A stretch of 64,000 nt of DNA from Fibrobacteria bacterium (GTDB taxonomy: Bacteria; Fibrobacterota; Chitinivibrionia; Chitinivibrionales; FEN-1185). The stretch spans positions 64,001 through 128,000 of the forward strand of contig JBBIGR010000001.1 in the NCBI GenBank assembly GCA_037447435.1, given 5' to 3'. The notes under the pieces were generated by a model. The model had not been told where the DNA came from, made no database searches, and saw only the letters and a program-made list of their open reading frames with translations. Position 1 is the stretch's first letter. Every line of letters starts with the position of its first letter. Below are positions 37,842 through 48,077 of this stretch, piece after piece. The position numbers were made by a program, and so were the translations under genes.

Positions 37842-40316
37842 AGCAGCCCGCATGGTTTTAAGGAGTTCCTTTCCCATAAGCTCGTAGCCCGACTGGTTCG
37901 GATGGATAAAATCTGAAAAGTAAATCTGATTATAGGTCGAGTCCGACGGCAAATTCGACATCGGTTTGAAAACATCGACAAGCCATACGCCGGCCTGTCC
38001 CTTGCCTGTCCAGTCGGACCGCCGTGAAGTAACCACGGAATCCATCATCCGGTTGAAGGAATGCAGGTTTCGACGGAATGTTGCGTTTATGACATAACCG
38101 TTTCCGGCGGTATCTTTGGGAAGCGGTAAACCGTTAAGCACGTAAATCTCACTTTTTGGATTTCGCGCATGTATCGAATCTATCGAGGCCACGGCAAAAT
38201 TGCCGAACCCGTATTTCGCATTATACGTCGGTACCGCATATTCTTCGTTTGTACCGAGCATGTGCACCCAGATATCGGCAATGGCATTAGGATGCATCAT
38301 CAACGAATCGTACATATCTGCCGACGTCCTTCCATTTTCAGCCAAAGTGGAATCGTCTTCGGGCGGATACAAAGCATTGGTTTTAATCGGTCCATCGCAC
38401 CCGATCCGTTTTGCCGAACCTGCATATCGGCGAAGAGAATCGATAACCGACCGTCTGAAGCCGCCTCTGCCGGTTTCCCCGAAAAGCCCGGTAATAATTG
38501 AATGTCCAATGAAGCAAATCCTGTTTTGCATGAGTACGGTCTTTTGAACGAGCGGCGACATCACCGAATCGTTATGCGTGTCGAATGCCGTTACTTTTAT
38601 GAAATACGTCCCGGTGTCGGCAGTTTGCAAAGTACAAACCGGCGTACGGCCGCGATATACCTCGCCAAGCGATTGCCGGGAGAACCCTTTCATAAGAACA
38701 TAGGTAAAGGTGTCTTGAACAGTATCGGACCGCTTGGCCGAAAATGACAATTGCGTTTTTAAGATCTTTGGGGCTTGGGTTCTAACCACAACAGTGTCGA
38801 AATCGCTTTGCCCGGTCAGCGTAATTGTGCACGGAACCTGTTTAAACGTCACCGTCATCGTATCGAATGCAAACAAACCGTCATTGTCTTTTGCCCCGAA
38901 CACGACAGTGTTTGTCAATGGAAATTGGCTTGTCAATGAAAATTCGCCGACAAGGCTGCTGTCTGAAAAACCTGACGTATCAACTGTTTTCAGATAATAA
39001 TTCCGGATGGTCCCATTGGTGTCGCTGGCACGTAATTTTATTCGCAATGTGTCTGTTCGTACCAATGAGGTGTCGTTTGTCTTGACAATTTTGGGTAACC
39101 CTAAAGAAACATGAACAGTCAATGAATCGGACAACGATTCGATGGTGTCGCGGTCGACTGCCTTGACAAATATTTTATGGGTACCCGTATCCGATTTGCC
39201 GAAACGTATCGAAATCAAATTGCTGATAGTCGTATCGGAAAATGTTTTCCCGTTTTGCGACCAAAGAAAAAACAGAATCGGGGTTTTGGTACGTGCATTT
39301 GGTTTTCCAGTCGCCGTAATAGTACACGAATTATTAATAAAAACGGATGTGTCGTTACCTAAAAGAACCGAAGGCCGCTCAATTGAAACGGAGACGAGCA
39401 TGGAATCGGGTTGCGATATAAGTTTGTGAACATTTAAAGCCCTGGCGTATAGTTTCTGTAAACCGACATCGGATTTTCGATACACGGCACAATAACGGCC
39501 TGTTTGGGTCGTGTCCCGATAAATGCCGTCTGTTCGTGCCCATATATATCGAAGCGTATTTGAAAATGTATCAATCCGCCGGGCCGTAACCCAGAGGGAA
39601 TCGCGTATAGAAACTGAGGTGTCCGCAGGAAGGGAAATCATCGGAACATCGGCAATGGTATGCACCGTAGTCGTTTCCGGTTCGGAAAGGATACTGTCAT
39701 TGTCTATGGCTGTCATTATAATCGTGTGGGCGCCTGGTAAGCTTCCAAACACCCAAACGCTGGAAAAGCCATCGGTTTCCACAATTGTTTTTCCTGAATC
39801 CAAACTCCAGACAATTGATCTTACAGAACCGTTTTGATCCGAAGCATTTACCGAAAGAAATAAGGAATCATTGACAAATACCGTCGTATCGCGTCGCCAT
39901 CGAACGATACTGGGAGGATCCAAAACGACGTGAACAACGGTCGTTTCAACATCTGAAGCAATATTGTTTTTTGTAATAGCTTGCAAACAAATTATTTGCT
40001 TTCCCGTGTCCGAAACTTGAAAATAGAAAGTACAAATACTGTCGTGAATATTTTCCAATGCCACCTTTTTCCCATTTAGCCACCAATTGAATTTTGATGA
40101 AAGACCGCCGGTTTCGCTCGAATGCGCAACCAAGAAAATCGAATCCCTTACCCGTACCGTCGTATCGACAATACTCGTAATAACGGGTTTCAAATCATTT
40201 CTATCAACCGGATTTGTGCATGAGGAATCTAAAAGAATAATTAAAACAAGAGCTATAAATGCGATCGGTAAAATTCCAGTCTTATTCACTGATAAATCGT
40301 CGCCGTTCATTATCAC
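37821..40316 (-). CDS. Lipoprotein with tandem Ig/PKD-like repeats and C-terminal SGNH hydrolase domain
   Basis: LLDSSC lipobox-like; several ~90-aa beta repeats (DTxV...W...G...A); FIGHSI, LGTNE, DFIHPN. Confidence 0.78.
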   Translation of the reverse strand: MIMNGDDLSVNKTGILPIAFIALVLIILLDSSCTNPVDRNDLKPVITSIVDTTVRVRDSIFLVAHSSETGGLSSKFNWWLNGKKVALENIHDSICTFYFQVSDTGKQIICLQAITKNNIASDVETTVVHVVLDPPSIVRWRRDTTVFVNDSLFLSVNASDQNGSVRSIVWSLDSGKTIVETDGFSSVWVFGSLPGAHTIIMTAIDNDSILSEPETTTVHTIADVPMISLPADTSVSIRDSLWVTARRIDTFSNTLRYIWARTDGIYRDTTQTGRYCAVYRKSDVGLQKLYARALNVHKLISQPDSMLVSVSIERPSVLLGNDTSVFINNSCTITATGKPNARTKTPILFFLWSQNGKTFSDTTISNLISIRFGKSDTGTHKIFVKAVDRDTIESLSDSLTVHVSLGLPKIVKTNDTSLVRTDTLRIKLRASDTNGTIRNYYLKTVDTSGFSDSSLVGEFSLTSQFPLTNTVVFGAKDNDGLFAFDTMTVTFKQVPCTITLTGQSDFDTVVVRTQAPKILKTQLSFSAKRSDTVQDTFTYVLMKGFSRQSLGEVYRGRTPVCTLQTADTGTYFIKVTAFDTHNDSVMSPLVQKTVLMQNRICFIGHSIITGLFGETGRGGFRRSVIDSLRRYAGSAKRIGCDGPIKTNALYPPEDDSTLAENGRTSADMYDSLMMHPNAIADIWVHMLGTNEEYAVPTYNAKYGFGNFAVASIDSIHARNPKSEIYVLNGLPLPKDTAGNGYVINATFRRNLHSFNRMMDSVVTSRRSDWTGKGQAGVWLVDVFKPMSNLPSDSTYNQIYFSDFIHPNQSGYELMGKELLKTMRAASSFFYR

Positions 40317-40399
40317 GCCTTGATAACACCTTATTATAAGAAGCCCGGGAAAATGCCTTCGTTTAAAAAATTACCTTTTTTAACGATTAGTTTTCCATG

Positions 40400-40420
40400 T
40401 TAATTCGTATTAATTCGTAT
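40400..40420. repeat. Tandem 10-bp direct repeat in divergent promoter region
   Basis: TAATTCGTAT x2 at 40401-40420. Confidence 0.55.
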
Positions 40421-40649
40421 AATATGCTATGAATCGTTTGGGAAAAAGTAATTGAATCAATTTTTAGTACTTATGTTTGAATTATATAATCGTTGCCGCG
40501 GTAATGGAAGCATGCGTTTTTTGTGGGGATAATCTATAAAATAAACTTATCTTTCGCGAGCATGGGGCTAGCATTAAACGCAGAAATTAAATTATTCTAA
40601 GGACTTTTCACGGTTTTCAACAGAAATTCAAAAGCGAGACCAAATCTTC

Positions 40650-42899
40650 ATGCGTAAAACGTCATTTTTGATGGTTTTTTTGGGGAGTTTTGTTTTTTCG
40701 TCATTTTTTATAATCCAGCCGGTTCACGCGTCATCGGTGTTCAAGCAATTCAGTTCCGTTCGAACAATTAACGGAATGGAAAAAGTAGGACAATTCCTTT
40801 GGTGCGCAACAACCGGAGGAGTCGTCAAATATGCTATAGACGCCAAAGCAACAACACTGTTTTCGGATTTCGTGGATTTACCGGATTTGAATTTGACTTC
40901 CTGTGTTAAAGACAATTCCGGCAATATGTGGTTCGGCAGTAATGAGGGGTTTCTCATAAAATTAAACTTACAAACTGAAAAATTCTCCTCCTATAACGCG
41001 TTGCAAGCGGTTGGTTGGCCGATAAAAAGCATGCTGTTTTTTAAAGAAAATATTTTTATCGGCACAACTAACGGTTTGAGCATCTTTTCGCCGATCAAAG
41101 AATCAATGCAAAATATCCGTCAATTCGGAACAAGCACTGCAGCCGATGTATCGGTTATACGTTGTTTCGGCGATACGTTGGCCATTCGTACTTCCGACGG
41201 CATCTCTTATTGTGTCGTTTCGGATTTCAATACAACAATGTTTTCAAATCCGGGAATTTGGCATAATGTCAGTTCTGGAGATTTTGTTGATATTGTAGAA
41301 GTCAAAGGAACAATTGCCGGCAGCGCAACTCCGACCGTGCAACGCGACGGAAGTCTTTGGCAGTTCGGTACCACCGATGGAAAGTTGCTCCGCGACAGCA
41401 TCACCTTTGCAACTCTTTCATCCGCAGTCACCTGCTTTATCAGTATCGACAACACGCGATACGCCATCGGAACGGCAAATGACTTTTTTTCCATTTTTAA
41501 TTCGTTGGATAAGTCTTTAACTCAGGTCACCGTCAATTGCCCGACAAACACGGATATTAATTCCTGCGGACTCGATAAAAACGGATTCCTCTGGTATATG
41601 CCTCAGGATCCGAGCAATGGATTCGGCTATTTCGACGGCACATCCTGGATTAAACGGACATATCAAGATGATCCCGGTATCGGAACTCTTGGCATGGGGG
41701 TAATCGGTGCAAGAAATCCGTTGTGTATTACCACGCAAAACGACGTTTTTGTCGGTTCCAATGCTTATGGAGTCAAATGGTTAAATTCACAAACAAAAAC
41801 ATGGACGACATTTTGCGACCGCTTCGGACTAATGCCGTATGTCAATGCCATTAACCTTAACCCGGCACCCTATTACGATTCTCCATTGACGCGATTTTCT
41901 CCGGATTCATTAAACGGATGGTGGACCTTTTCTTCAGGCCTTTGCGAGGATTCGGCTGGAAATATCTGGTTTTCAAATAATAGAGCTTATAATGGAAATA
42001 TTCTTCACGTGAGAAAACCGCGGGAAAACAAATGGCGATCGTTTTCGATTAGCGATGTTTCTTTAAATTTATTATCGCTTTTTGCAGGACCTGTTGCCGC
42101 GAATTCAGACAAAACCCGCAAACGCCATTATATTTATCTCGGTTATAATTTCGCCGAAAACATGTCGGGCGGCGGCGTTTCGGTACTCAGTTATGCTTTT
42201 GGAGACAATCCGATCACCGACTCGATTCAATGCATAAGCAGTACTTCTTCTCATTTATTATCGGTAAGCGACATTGCAATTGCAAATGACACTCTTGCAT
42301 GGCTCGCCGGCGGAGACGGTATTTATTCCATGGTCCAAAACGACCCGAATACGATCAGGAAAATAACGACTATAACTTCACAGGACGGGGTTTATGCCGT
42401 GACGGTCGGCGATAACGGCAACGTCTTGTTTTGCAAGGACAGGGATTTATATTCCTACGACAATACGAGCGGTACTTTGACGCAAATCACGAAAACCGGC
42501 AATCTCGGCACCCACGTGAGCAATATCGTTCTTGATAAGAAATCGAATGTTTATTGGATTGCTAGCCAAAAGGGAATATTCCGTTTCGACAAAGGGGACT
42601 CGACGGCAGCAACCGGCGGCAACGGTTCTATCGATGTTTATCCGAACCCCATGTCCTGTTCAAAATTTAAAAACGGTCACCCCCTTCGCTTTGCAGGACT
42701 ATACGGCGCCAGCCCGAGCGTCCTCATTTATAACGCCGGCGGAGCGCTTGTCGCTTCATTATCCGATCAGAACACGCGAATCCTCTCCTGGAACGGGAAA
42801 AACCGTTCAGGGACTTTTGTGGTACCCGGCGTGTATTATTACAAGGCCGAGGTAGGCAATAATAAATTTGCAAAAGGTAAAATATTCATTACCCAATAA
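40650..42899 (+). CDS. PorZ-like T9SS protein (beta-propellers plus C-terminal domain)
   Basis: Signal peptide; Reg_prop-type repeats (LWCATTGGV, DNSGNMWFGS, IGTTNGLSIF, DSAGNIWF); C-terminus VYPNP...IYNAGG...WNGKN...PGVYY...KGKIFI; 749 aa. Confidence 0.72.
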   Translation: MRKTSFLMVFLGSFVFSSFFIIQPVHASSVFKQFSSVRTINGMEKVGQFLWCATTGGVVKYAIDAKATTLFSDFVDLPDLNLTSCVKDNSGNMWFGSNEGFLIKLNLQTEKFSSYNALQAVGWPIKSMLFFKENIFIGTTNGLSIFSPIKESMQNIRQFGTSTAADVSVIRCFGDTLAIRTSDGISYCVVSDFNTTMFSNPGIWHNVSSGDFVDIVEVKGTIAGSATPTVQRDGSLWQFGTTDGKLLRDSITFATLSSAVTCFISIDNTRYAIGTANDFFSIFNSLDKSLTQVTVNCPTNTDINSCGLDKNGFLWYMPQDPSNGFGYFDGTSWIKRTYQDDPGIGTLGMGVIGARNPLCITTQNDVFVGSNAYGVKWLNSQTKTWTTFCDRFGLMPYVNAINLNPAPYYDSPLTRFSPDSLNGWWTFSSGLCEDSAGNIWFSNNRAYNGNILHVRKPRENKWRSFSISDVSLNLLSLFAGPVAANSDKTRKRHYIYLGYNFAENMSGGGVSVLSYAFGDNPITDSIQCISSTSSHLLSVSDIAIANDTLAWLAGGDGIYSMVQNDPNTIRKITTITSQDGVYAVTVGDNGNVLFCKDRDLYSYDNTSGTLTQITKTGNLGTHVSNIVLDKKSNVYWIASQKGIFRFDKGDSTAATGGNGSIDVYPNPMSCSKFKNGHPLRFAGLYGASPSVLIYNAGGALVASLSDQNTRILSWNGKNRSGTFVVPGVYYYKAEVGNNKFAKGKIFITQ

Positions 42900-42956
42900 C
42901 ACACCGCTGCGAGCCCTATTCAAGAGAAGAATCCGGACCAAACGGATAATTCGTAT

Positions 42957-44063
42957 TTATTGTTTCAAACCGAATTGTTCCACTGTTTGCGGAATAGCTT
43001 CTTCCATATAACCAAGCATCGTTTTCCAGACACTTCGATACGAGTGGTTTTCCACAACCCACGACCTTCCCAACCGGCCGATTTTTTCCCTGTATTCGAT
43101 GTCGTCGATCAATTTTATCAAAGAATCGTAAAGCGTGTCTTTATTGACCAATACGAACGGGTGATCGGTTAAAAAACGAGCGTAGTCCTCGGTAAACTCG
43201 GTGAGGGTCGGCATATTCATTGCCAGGGTTTCAAGGGAATTTACGCCGTAACCTGTTCCCCCGAAATTTCCTATCTGTTCAATCGCAATGTGGGATCGGG
43301 ATTTTTCCTCTATGATTTTCTGATGGCTTTGACCGGTTAGAATGACACATTCAACATCGCGATCCTTCATGATCCGTTTCATAACTGGTTCTATAAGGTG
43401 AGTGCCTTTTGCTTCGGGATTGGAAGGAGTATGTATTATTCGAAGCTTCTTTCCTTGCAACGTACTTTCCGGCAGATGAGAACAGTCGAACGGTATGGGA
43501 AGATATCGAAGACCCTGATGCAGAGACAACAGATCGTACTCACTTGTTAAATTCAACGAACTCAGCCGGTCGACTTCCCGGATTATGCCGCGCGACCGTA
43601 TATCGGGTCCATGATAATGGCAGAGTATGGGTTTTCCCATTTCCGCCAATTTTTTGACCCATCGCGAATCTCTGAAAAAGTCTATGCCCCCGTGAAAATG
43701 ATAAATGTCAAAATCATACAAACCGTATGTTCGAGCGAGTCGGTTGAATTCGATACTCCGATAATTATCTCTGAACTTAAAGAACACGTTTTCCAGCGCA
43801 TTATGGGGCCGAAACGTCCATTCTTGTCCGGTTGCCGCGGCATGTATGAGGGATGTTTCCGCTTTTTTTGCCCGCTTGTACCTGATTTTATTAAGCCATG
43901 AGGGGTCGAACAGCTTTTTGCGCAGGCAAATGTCTTCCTCGATATTTCCGCGATGTTTATATAATGTCAAAAGCCGTCCGTGATGCCCCATTGCGTTGTA
44001 CACTTTACAAAAAGTAAACGGAACATTCACCGTATTAAAATAAGAAAAATGCAGACTATTCAT
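42957..44063 (-). CDS. GT-B fold glycosyltransferase
   Basis: HYHGPDIR, HTPSNPEAKGT, GYGVNSLETLAM, GRSWVVENH. Confidence 0.8.
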   Translation of the reverse strand: MNSLHFSYFNTVNVPFTFCKVYNAMGHHGRLLTLYKHRGNIEEDICLRKKLFDPSWLNKIRYKRAKKAETSLIHAAATGQEWTFRPHNALENVFFKFRDNYRSIEFNRLARTYGLYDFDIYHFHGGIDFFRDSRWVKKLAEMGKPILCHYHGPDIRSRGIIREVDRLSSLNLTSEYDLLSLHQGLRYLPIPFDCSHLPESTLQGKKLRIIHTPSNPEAKGTHLIEPVMKRIMKDRDVECVILTGQSHQKIIEEKSRSHIAIEQIGNFGGTGYGVNSLETLAMNMPTLTEFTEDYARFLTDHPFVLVNKDTLYDSLIKLIDDIEYREKIGRLGRSWVVENHSYRSVWKTMLGYMEEAIPQTVEQFGLKQ

Positions 44064-44093
44064 TGTAAGACTGTTCCGATACCGGCGGGGAAA

Positions 44094-45275
44094 TCATCCG
44101 CAAAGCGATTCTTTGATAAATTCCACATATTGTTTTTTTTCTTTTTCCCAACAGAACTGTTTCGCAGCTTTGGCGCAATTATTCTTAATTAGGCTTTGAT
44201 TCCCCAGTGTTTGTAAAAATGACGCAAGGGCTTTTTGAATACTTTCGATACTGGACGGCGATACCAACCAGCCGATATTCCATGTTCTGACTATACGGGA
44301 AATTTCGGGCCCATCGCTGGCAATGACCGGAATTCCCGCATGAATATAATCGAACAATTTGCTCGGAAGAGTGACCATCATGTTCACTCCCTTGTTTTCA
44401 TGTATGACATGACCCAAATCGGCGTCTTTTAAATAATGAACGAAATCTGCGCTCGGTATTTGATCCAGAAAATGGACTCGTTCTTCACAATCGAGCTCCC
44501 GGGCCAAAGCCGACATGGCCGGCTGCATTTCTCCGTTTCCAATACATGCGAAATGTAATTCCCTAAACGGCGACATTGCTTTGATAAAAGGCATGAGTCC
44601 GCGGTTTTCCATGAATTTCCCTTTGTAAACCGCAAGTGGTGCTTTGGGGTCGAGGTTCAGGGTTGTCCGTAAAATATTCTTGCTTTGGCAGGCATATTCC
44701 GAACTTTCGGGAACGTTCAAAATGGTAAATGTTTTGGAAATGCGATATTCCTGTTTTAAAAAAGATTCGGTTGTTTGACAGACAGCGGCAATGCTTTTTG
44801 CTCTCGCAAGACCTATTCTTTCGAGTAAATACCATATGGTCCGAATAGCCGGTTTCCCGACGATTTGTTCGATTCCTTGAAAATATTCCAAGGAAAAATA
44901 GGAATAACGGGACTTGTTGAAAAATGCCGCAATGCGCGAGGGGAATAAAGTCGGCGGATCGACTGCCAGATACAGTTTTGACCGTGTGCGGCACAACACG
45001 AAAAGGCATGCGAACATATATCGGGCAAAAAACCATTTTCCTTGTATCACGCTGCCCGGGATATATATCGGAAACACATCGATTCCGGGCCAACGGGGGT
45101 CTCCTTCGCCTTTTTTGTTTTCCCATGAGACAAGTGCAACTCGGAGGTTTTGTTCGGCAAGTGCAAGGGCCTGGCGGTGGAAAAACGGATAAAACCTCGC
45201 ATCGGCAAGGTGGACGATGCACACATCATATTGTTTGCGTTTGTTCGATGAAAAAACACCCATATTGTACTTCAT
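44094..45275 (-). CDS. Glycosyltransferase family 4
   Basis: YKG...RGL, LPSKLFDYIHAGIPVIASD, FCWE. Confidence 0.87.
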   Translation of the reverse strand: MKYNMGVFSSNKRKQYDVCIVHLADARFYPFFHRQALALAEQNLRVALVSWENKKGEGDPRWPGIDVFPIYIPGSVIQGKWFFARYMFACLFVLCRTRSKLYLAVDPPTLFPSRIAAFFNKSRYSYFSLEYFQGIEQIVGKPAIRTIWYLLERIGLARAKSIAAVCQTTESFLKQEYRISKTFTILNVPESSEYACQSKNILRTTLNLDPKAPLAVYKGKFMENRGLMPFIKAMSPFRELHFACIGNGEMQPAMSALARELDCEERVHFLDQIPSADFVHYLKDADLGHVIHENKGVNMMVTLPSKLFDYIHAGIPVIASDGPEISRIVRTWNIGWLVSPSSIESIQKALASFLQTLGNQSLIKNNCAKAAKQFCWEKEKKQYVEFIKESLCG

Positions 45276-46471
45276 TGCCTAAGGGAATTATATACCTTTT
45301 CAACTGCCATTAAATGGCCGGATATCGAAAAAACTTTTTTGACATGTTCCGATGCAGCGGTACCCATTTTTTTCCTGAGTTCGGCATCTTCGGCAAGACG
45401 AAGGACACTTTTAGCAACGAGATCGACGGCAAATTGCTTAATTAGAAAACCGTCCACTGTATCTCTAAAACATTCCCGGACTCCGCCGCTATCGAATGCC
45501 ACCACGGGCAAACCCATGGCCATTGCTTCCAGAATCACTCCGCCCAAACCTTCCTGACATCGTGGCAAATGTACGAATATGTCCGCATCGGATAAAATCT
45601 CCGGGATTTTTTCGTGGGGAAGCAATCCAAGTATTTTTAGTGATCGCAACACACCGCTTTTTTCCGCACTCTCAAGGACCTTATCATAATATTGTTCATG
45701 GCCCTTTTCTTTTCCCCCAATAATTATACATTCGAATGTGCCGGGAGAGGCGACTTCAAGTAATTCGGCCATTTTGACAAAATATTCATGGCCTTTTGCC
45801 TCTACGAATTTTGCTATTGCAATTACTTTAATTTTATTATGGGCCGACGCAAAATACTTAGCAGGGTTAAACAAGGAATAATCGGGCCCCGGGTCCAAAA
45901 CAATCACGGCCTTTTTATCGGATAACTTACTAAAACATTTTACAGCTTTCGAAATGCAAATCACCTTATCGGTCAACATATTCATCGCTGCGGCAAAAAC
46001 CGTTCTTCGTGCCGGATTGTCGAGACACATTCTTAAATGCGCCACGACCCTGGCCCCTCCTAATTTTGCTGCCGGATAAAACGGGGCATCTATCAAATCG
46101 GAAAAATGAACAACGGCAATTTTGTTTTTTGCAATATACCGGCGGATTTGAATCGAGACGATAATCCACCCAATGATGAATTCTAAAAACTCTTTGAAAA
46201 ACCTGATTGATCGGAGCCGTTTTAAGGGAATTATTTGACAGCGGATATTTTCCCTGATCAACCTCTCGGAAAACTCTCCTTGGCCGGAAACAATTACATG
46301 AACTTCGTATGCGGGGTTTTTTGCAAAACCAGAAATAAGCGCGTACGTGCAAATAGGCATACCGGTGTCAAATGATTCAACGGATGAAAAAAAACACAAT
46401 TTCACCGGCAAAGAACTATCGTTTTCACTTGTTTTCGTAATCGCACAAGCTCCTTTTCTCGGTTGCTTCAA
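45272..46471 (-). CDS. Glycosyltransferase family 4 (start uncertain)
   Basis: ICISKAV, KGHEYF, EGLGGVILEAMAMGLPVVAFDSGG. Confidence 0.88.
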   Translation of the reverse strand: MKQPRKGACAITKTSENDSSLPVKLCFFSSVESFDTGMPICTYALISGFAKNPAYEVHVIVSGQGEFSERLIRENIRCQIIPLKRLRSIRFFKEFLEFIIGWIIVSIQIRRYIAKNKIAVVHFSDLIDAPFYPAAKLGGARVVAHLRMCLDNPARRTVFAAAMNMLTDKVICISKAVKCFSKLSDKKAVIVLDPGPDYSLFNPAKYFASAHNKIKVIAIAKFVEAKGHEYFVKMAELLEVASPGTFECIIIGGKEKGHEQYYDKVLESAEKSGVLRSLKILGLLPHEKIPEILSDADIFVHLPRCQEGLGGVILEAMAMGLPVVAFDSGGVRECFRDTVDGFLIKQFAVDLVAKSVLRLAEDAELRKKMGTAASEHVKKVFSISGHLMAVEKVYNSLRQ

Positions 46472-46520
46472 TTAAAATAGTTTTTCTACCGGCAGAAGAC
46501 TTCTTCAAACATTATGAGAG

Positions 46521-46557
46521 AAAAAAAAAGCCGAAGAGAATACTCTTCGGCTTTTTT
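46521..46557. terminator. Intrinsic terminator, bidirectional form
   Basis: A9-GCCGAAGAG-AATA-CTCTTCGGC-T6, about 20 nt after stop at 46579. Confidence 0.9.
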
Positions 46558-46578
46558 AGGATCAATTGGCTAATTATC

Positions 46579-47532
46579 TCAACGTCCAAACGATATGGGT
46601 TGTCCGTCGTTTTCGGGCAAGGATTTCTCCTGCGCCGATTGGGCTGCTTCAGCGGCTTTGACTTCGTTTTCTGGTGAGGATGCCACCTGACCAACGACTT
46701 GCTGAGGCTGCTTTTGTGTGCTCTCTTCCGCGTTTTTCGCAGCTTGTTCTTCAGGAGTGAGAATTCTCCGTCGAACCAAAACCTTGCGACCGTGAAAAAC
46801 TTCGGTATTGTCCGGGACAACCACTACGGGTTCTTTTTCAACAGGAGGCTGTACCGGCGCTGCCGGTTGCGCGACTGGCGCTGCGGCAGCAGGTGCTACG
46901 ACTGGCACTTCGAAAACAGGCGTTGCGACCACCGGCATTACCGGAGTCTCGATGATTGCCTCAATCGGCTTTACCTGTTCAATCGGCGCTTTCTCCTGGT
47001 CAAAAGATCTGGGTGTTTGTTGATTCTGATTGTTTTGATTGTTCTGATTGTTCTGATTATTGCGATAATTGTTGGGTCTGTTGCCACCACGATCCCTTCT
47101 CCTGAAATCGTCGTCTCTTCCCCTGCCACCCTGGCGATTGGGATTATTGTCGGGTCTTCTTTGATTTTGTTGGCCCGATGGGCTGTTTTGATTATCGTCT
47201 TTCAATTTCTTACGAGCATTCTCCTGATCACGTTCTGCATTTTTAAGCCGCAGATTTATGTCCCTGAGGGATTTTTCTACATAATCAACAGCTTGGGGTT
47301 GTGCCGGAGCGGGCGACTTGGGCCGTTGTTCTTGGCCAGGCCTCCGATTGAAACGGTTGTCGTCTCTTTTTTTCCGAAAATCCCGCTGATCCTGCATCGG
47401 TTGCGGGGCCGGCGTTGGCGCAGCCTGGGGCAATACCGTGCTTTTTTTGTTCTTTACAATGAGAACAATGGATATCAGTTGCAAAATAATAATGATGGAT
47501 GACGCTGTAAGTACTATTGATGCTACGTCCAT
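46579..47532 (-). CDS. Membrane-anchored, largely disordered hypothetical protein
   Basis: N-terminal TM; R/D/N/Q-rich and P/A/V-rich tracts; short coiled coil; start probably ATG 47532 after GGAG (track gives 47574). Confidence 0.8.
   Translation of the reverse strand: MDVASIVLTASSIIIILQLISIVLIVKNKKSTVLPQAAPTPAPQPMQDQRDFRKKRDDNRFNRRPGQEQRPKSPAPAQPQAVDYVEKSLRDINLRLKNAERDQENARKKLKDDNQNSPSGQQNQRRPDNNPNRQGGRGRDDDFRRRDRGGNRPNNYRNNQNNQNNQNNQNQQTPRSFDQEKAPIEQVKPIEAIIETPVMPVVATPVFEVPVVAPAAAAPVAQPAAPVQPPVEKEPVVVVPDNTEVFHGRKVLVRRRILTPEEQAAKNAEESTQKQPQQVVGQVASSPENEVKAAEAAQSAQEKSLPENDGQPISFGR
47026..47061. repeat. 9-bp tandem repeat x4 encoding NNQ
   Basis: CTGATTGTT TTGATTGTT CTGATTGTT CTGATTATT. Confidence 0.85.
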
Positions 47533-47779
47533 AATAACGAAACTCCATAAAGGTTTAATGATACTTTCATGCATGCCTTGTATTCTCTTTGCTGCTTATT
47601 CGAACCGCTTTTTGTGTGTGTATACAAAAAGCGATGCATGCACTTTTCCAGAAACATGCCTTATTCAGACGGTTTCCACGGGCTTTGCCCGGGGAAAAAT
47701 AAAAATTGTCCGGCATTTCCGTTAACGCCGTATTAATTACCGATGTCAAAGAGCAAACCGATATTCCGCAAAAGGAATT

Positions 47780-47962
47780 TCACGATTTTGAAGATGCAGG
47801 TTTTTCCGGGGCCTCGTCCGTCTTTACTTCATTACTCTGCTTAAGCAATGCGAAAAGCTCGTCGGTCTTTTTAGTGATCATGTACATTTTACTCCACAGG
47901 AAAATGAGCACGAGCAGGAAAAAGAAGAAATTGATTACCCAGAAAATTCTAACAATATCCAT
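47780..47962 (-). CDS. Small single-pass membrane protein
   Basis: MDIVRIFWVINFFFFLLVLIFLW plus charged tail; start moved to ATG 47962. Confidence 0.55.
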   Translation of the reverse strand: MDIVRIFWVINFFFFLLVLIFLWSKMYMITKKTDELFALLKQSNEVKTDEAPEKPASSKS

Positions 47963-48077
47963 AAACGTAGAGAAGGTGCAAAAATGCCTTCGGGGATTAA
48001 GGGTGTATATGCAAGATACGTTCTGACGGGGAATCAAAGCAAATTTAATAATTTTGTCCAATTACCGCAGGAACGGT

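Noticed and set aside
44563..45222. 219-aa alternative-frame ORF inside a GT4 gene
   Set aside because: Same-strand overlap with a well-formed GT4; no motif, no frameshift evidence.
46699..47502. 267-aa plus-strand ORF with LIVLIV repeat
   Set aside because: Antisense reading of the NNQ low-complexity gene; RBS and composition favour the minus-strand gene.
47673..47697. Hairpin TTTCC-A-CGGGC-TTT-GCCCG-G-GGAAA upstream of the disordered-protein gene
   Set aside because: No U tract in the transcribed direction and no recognisable riboswitch features.
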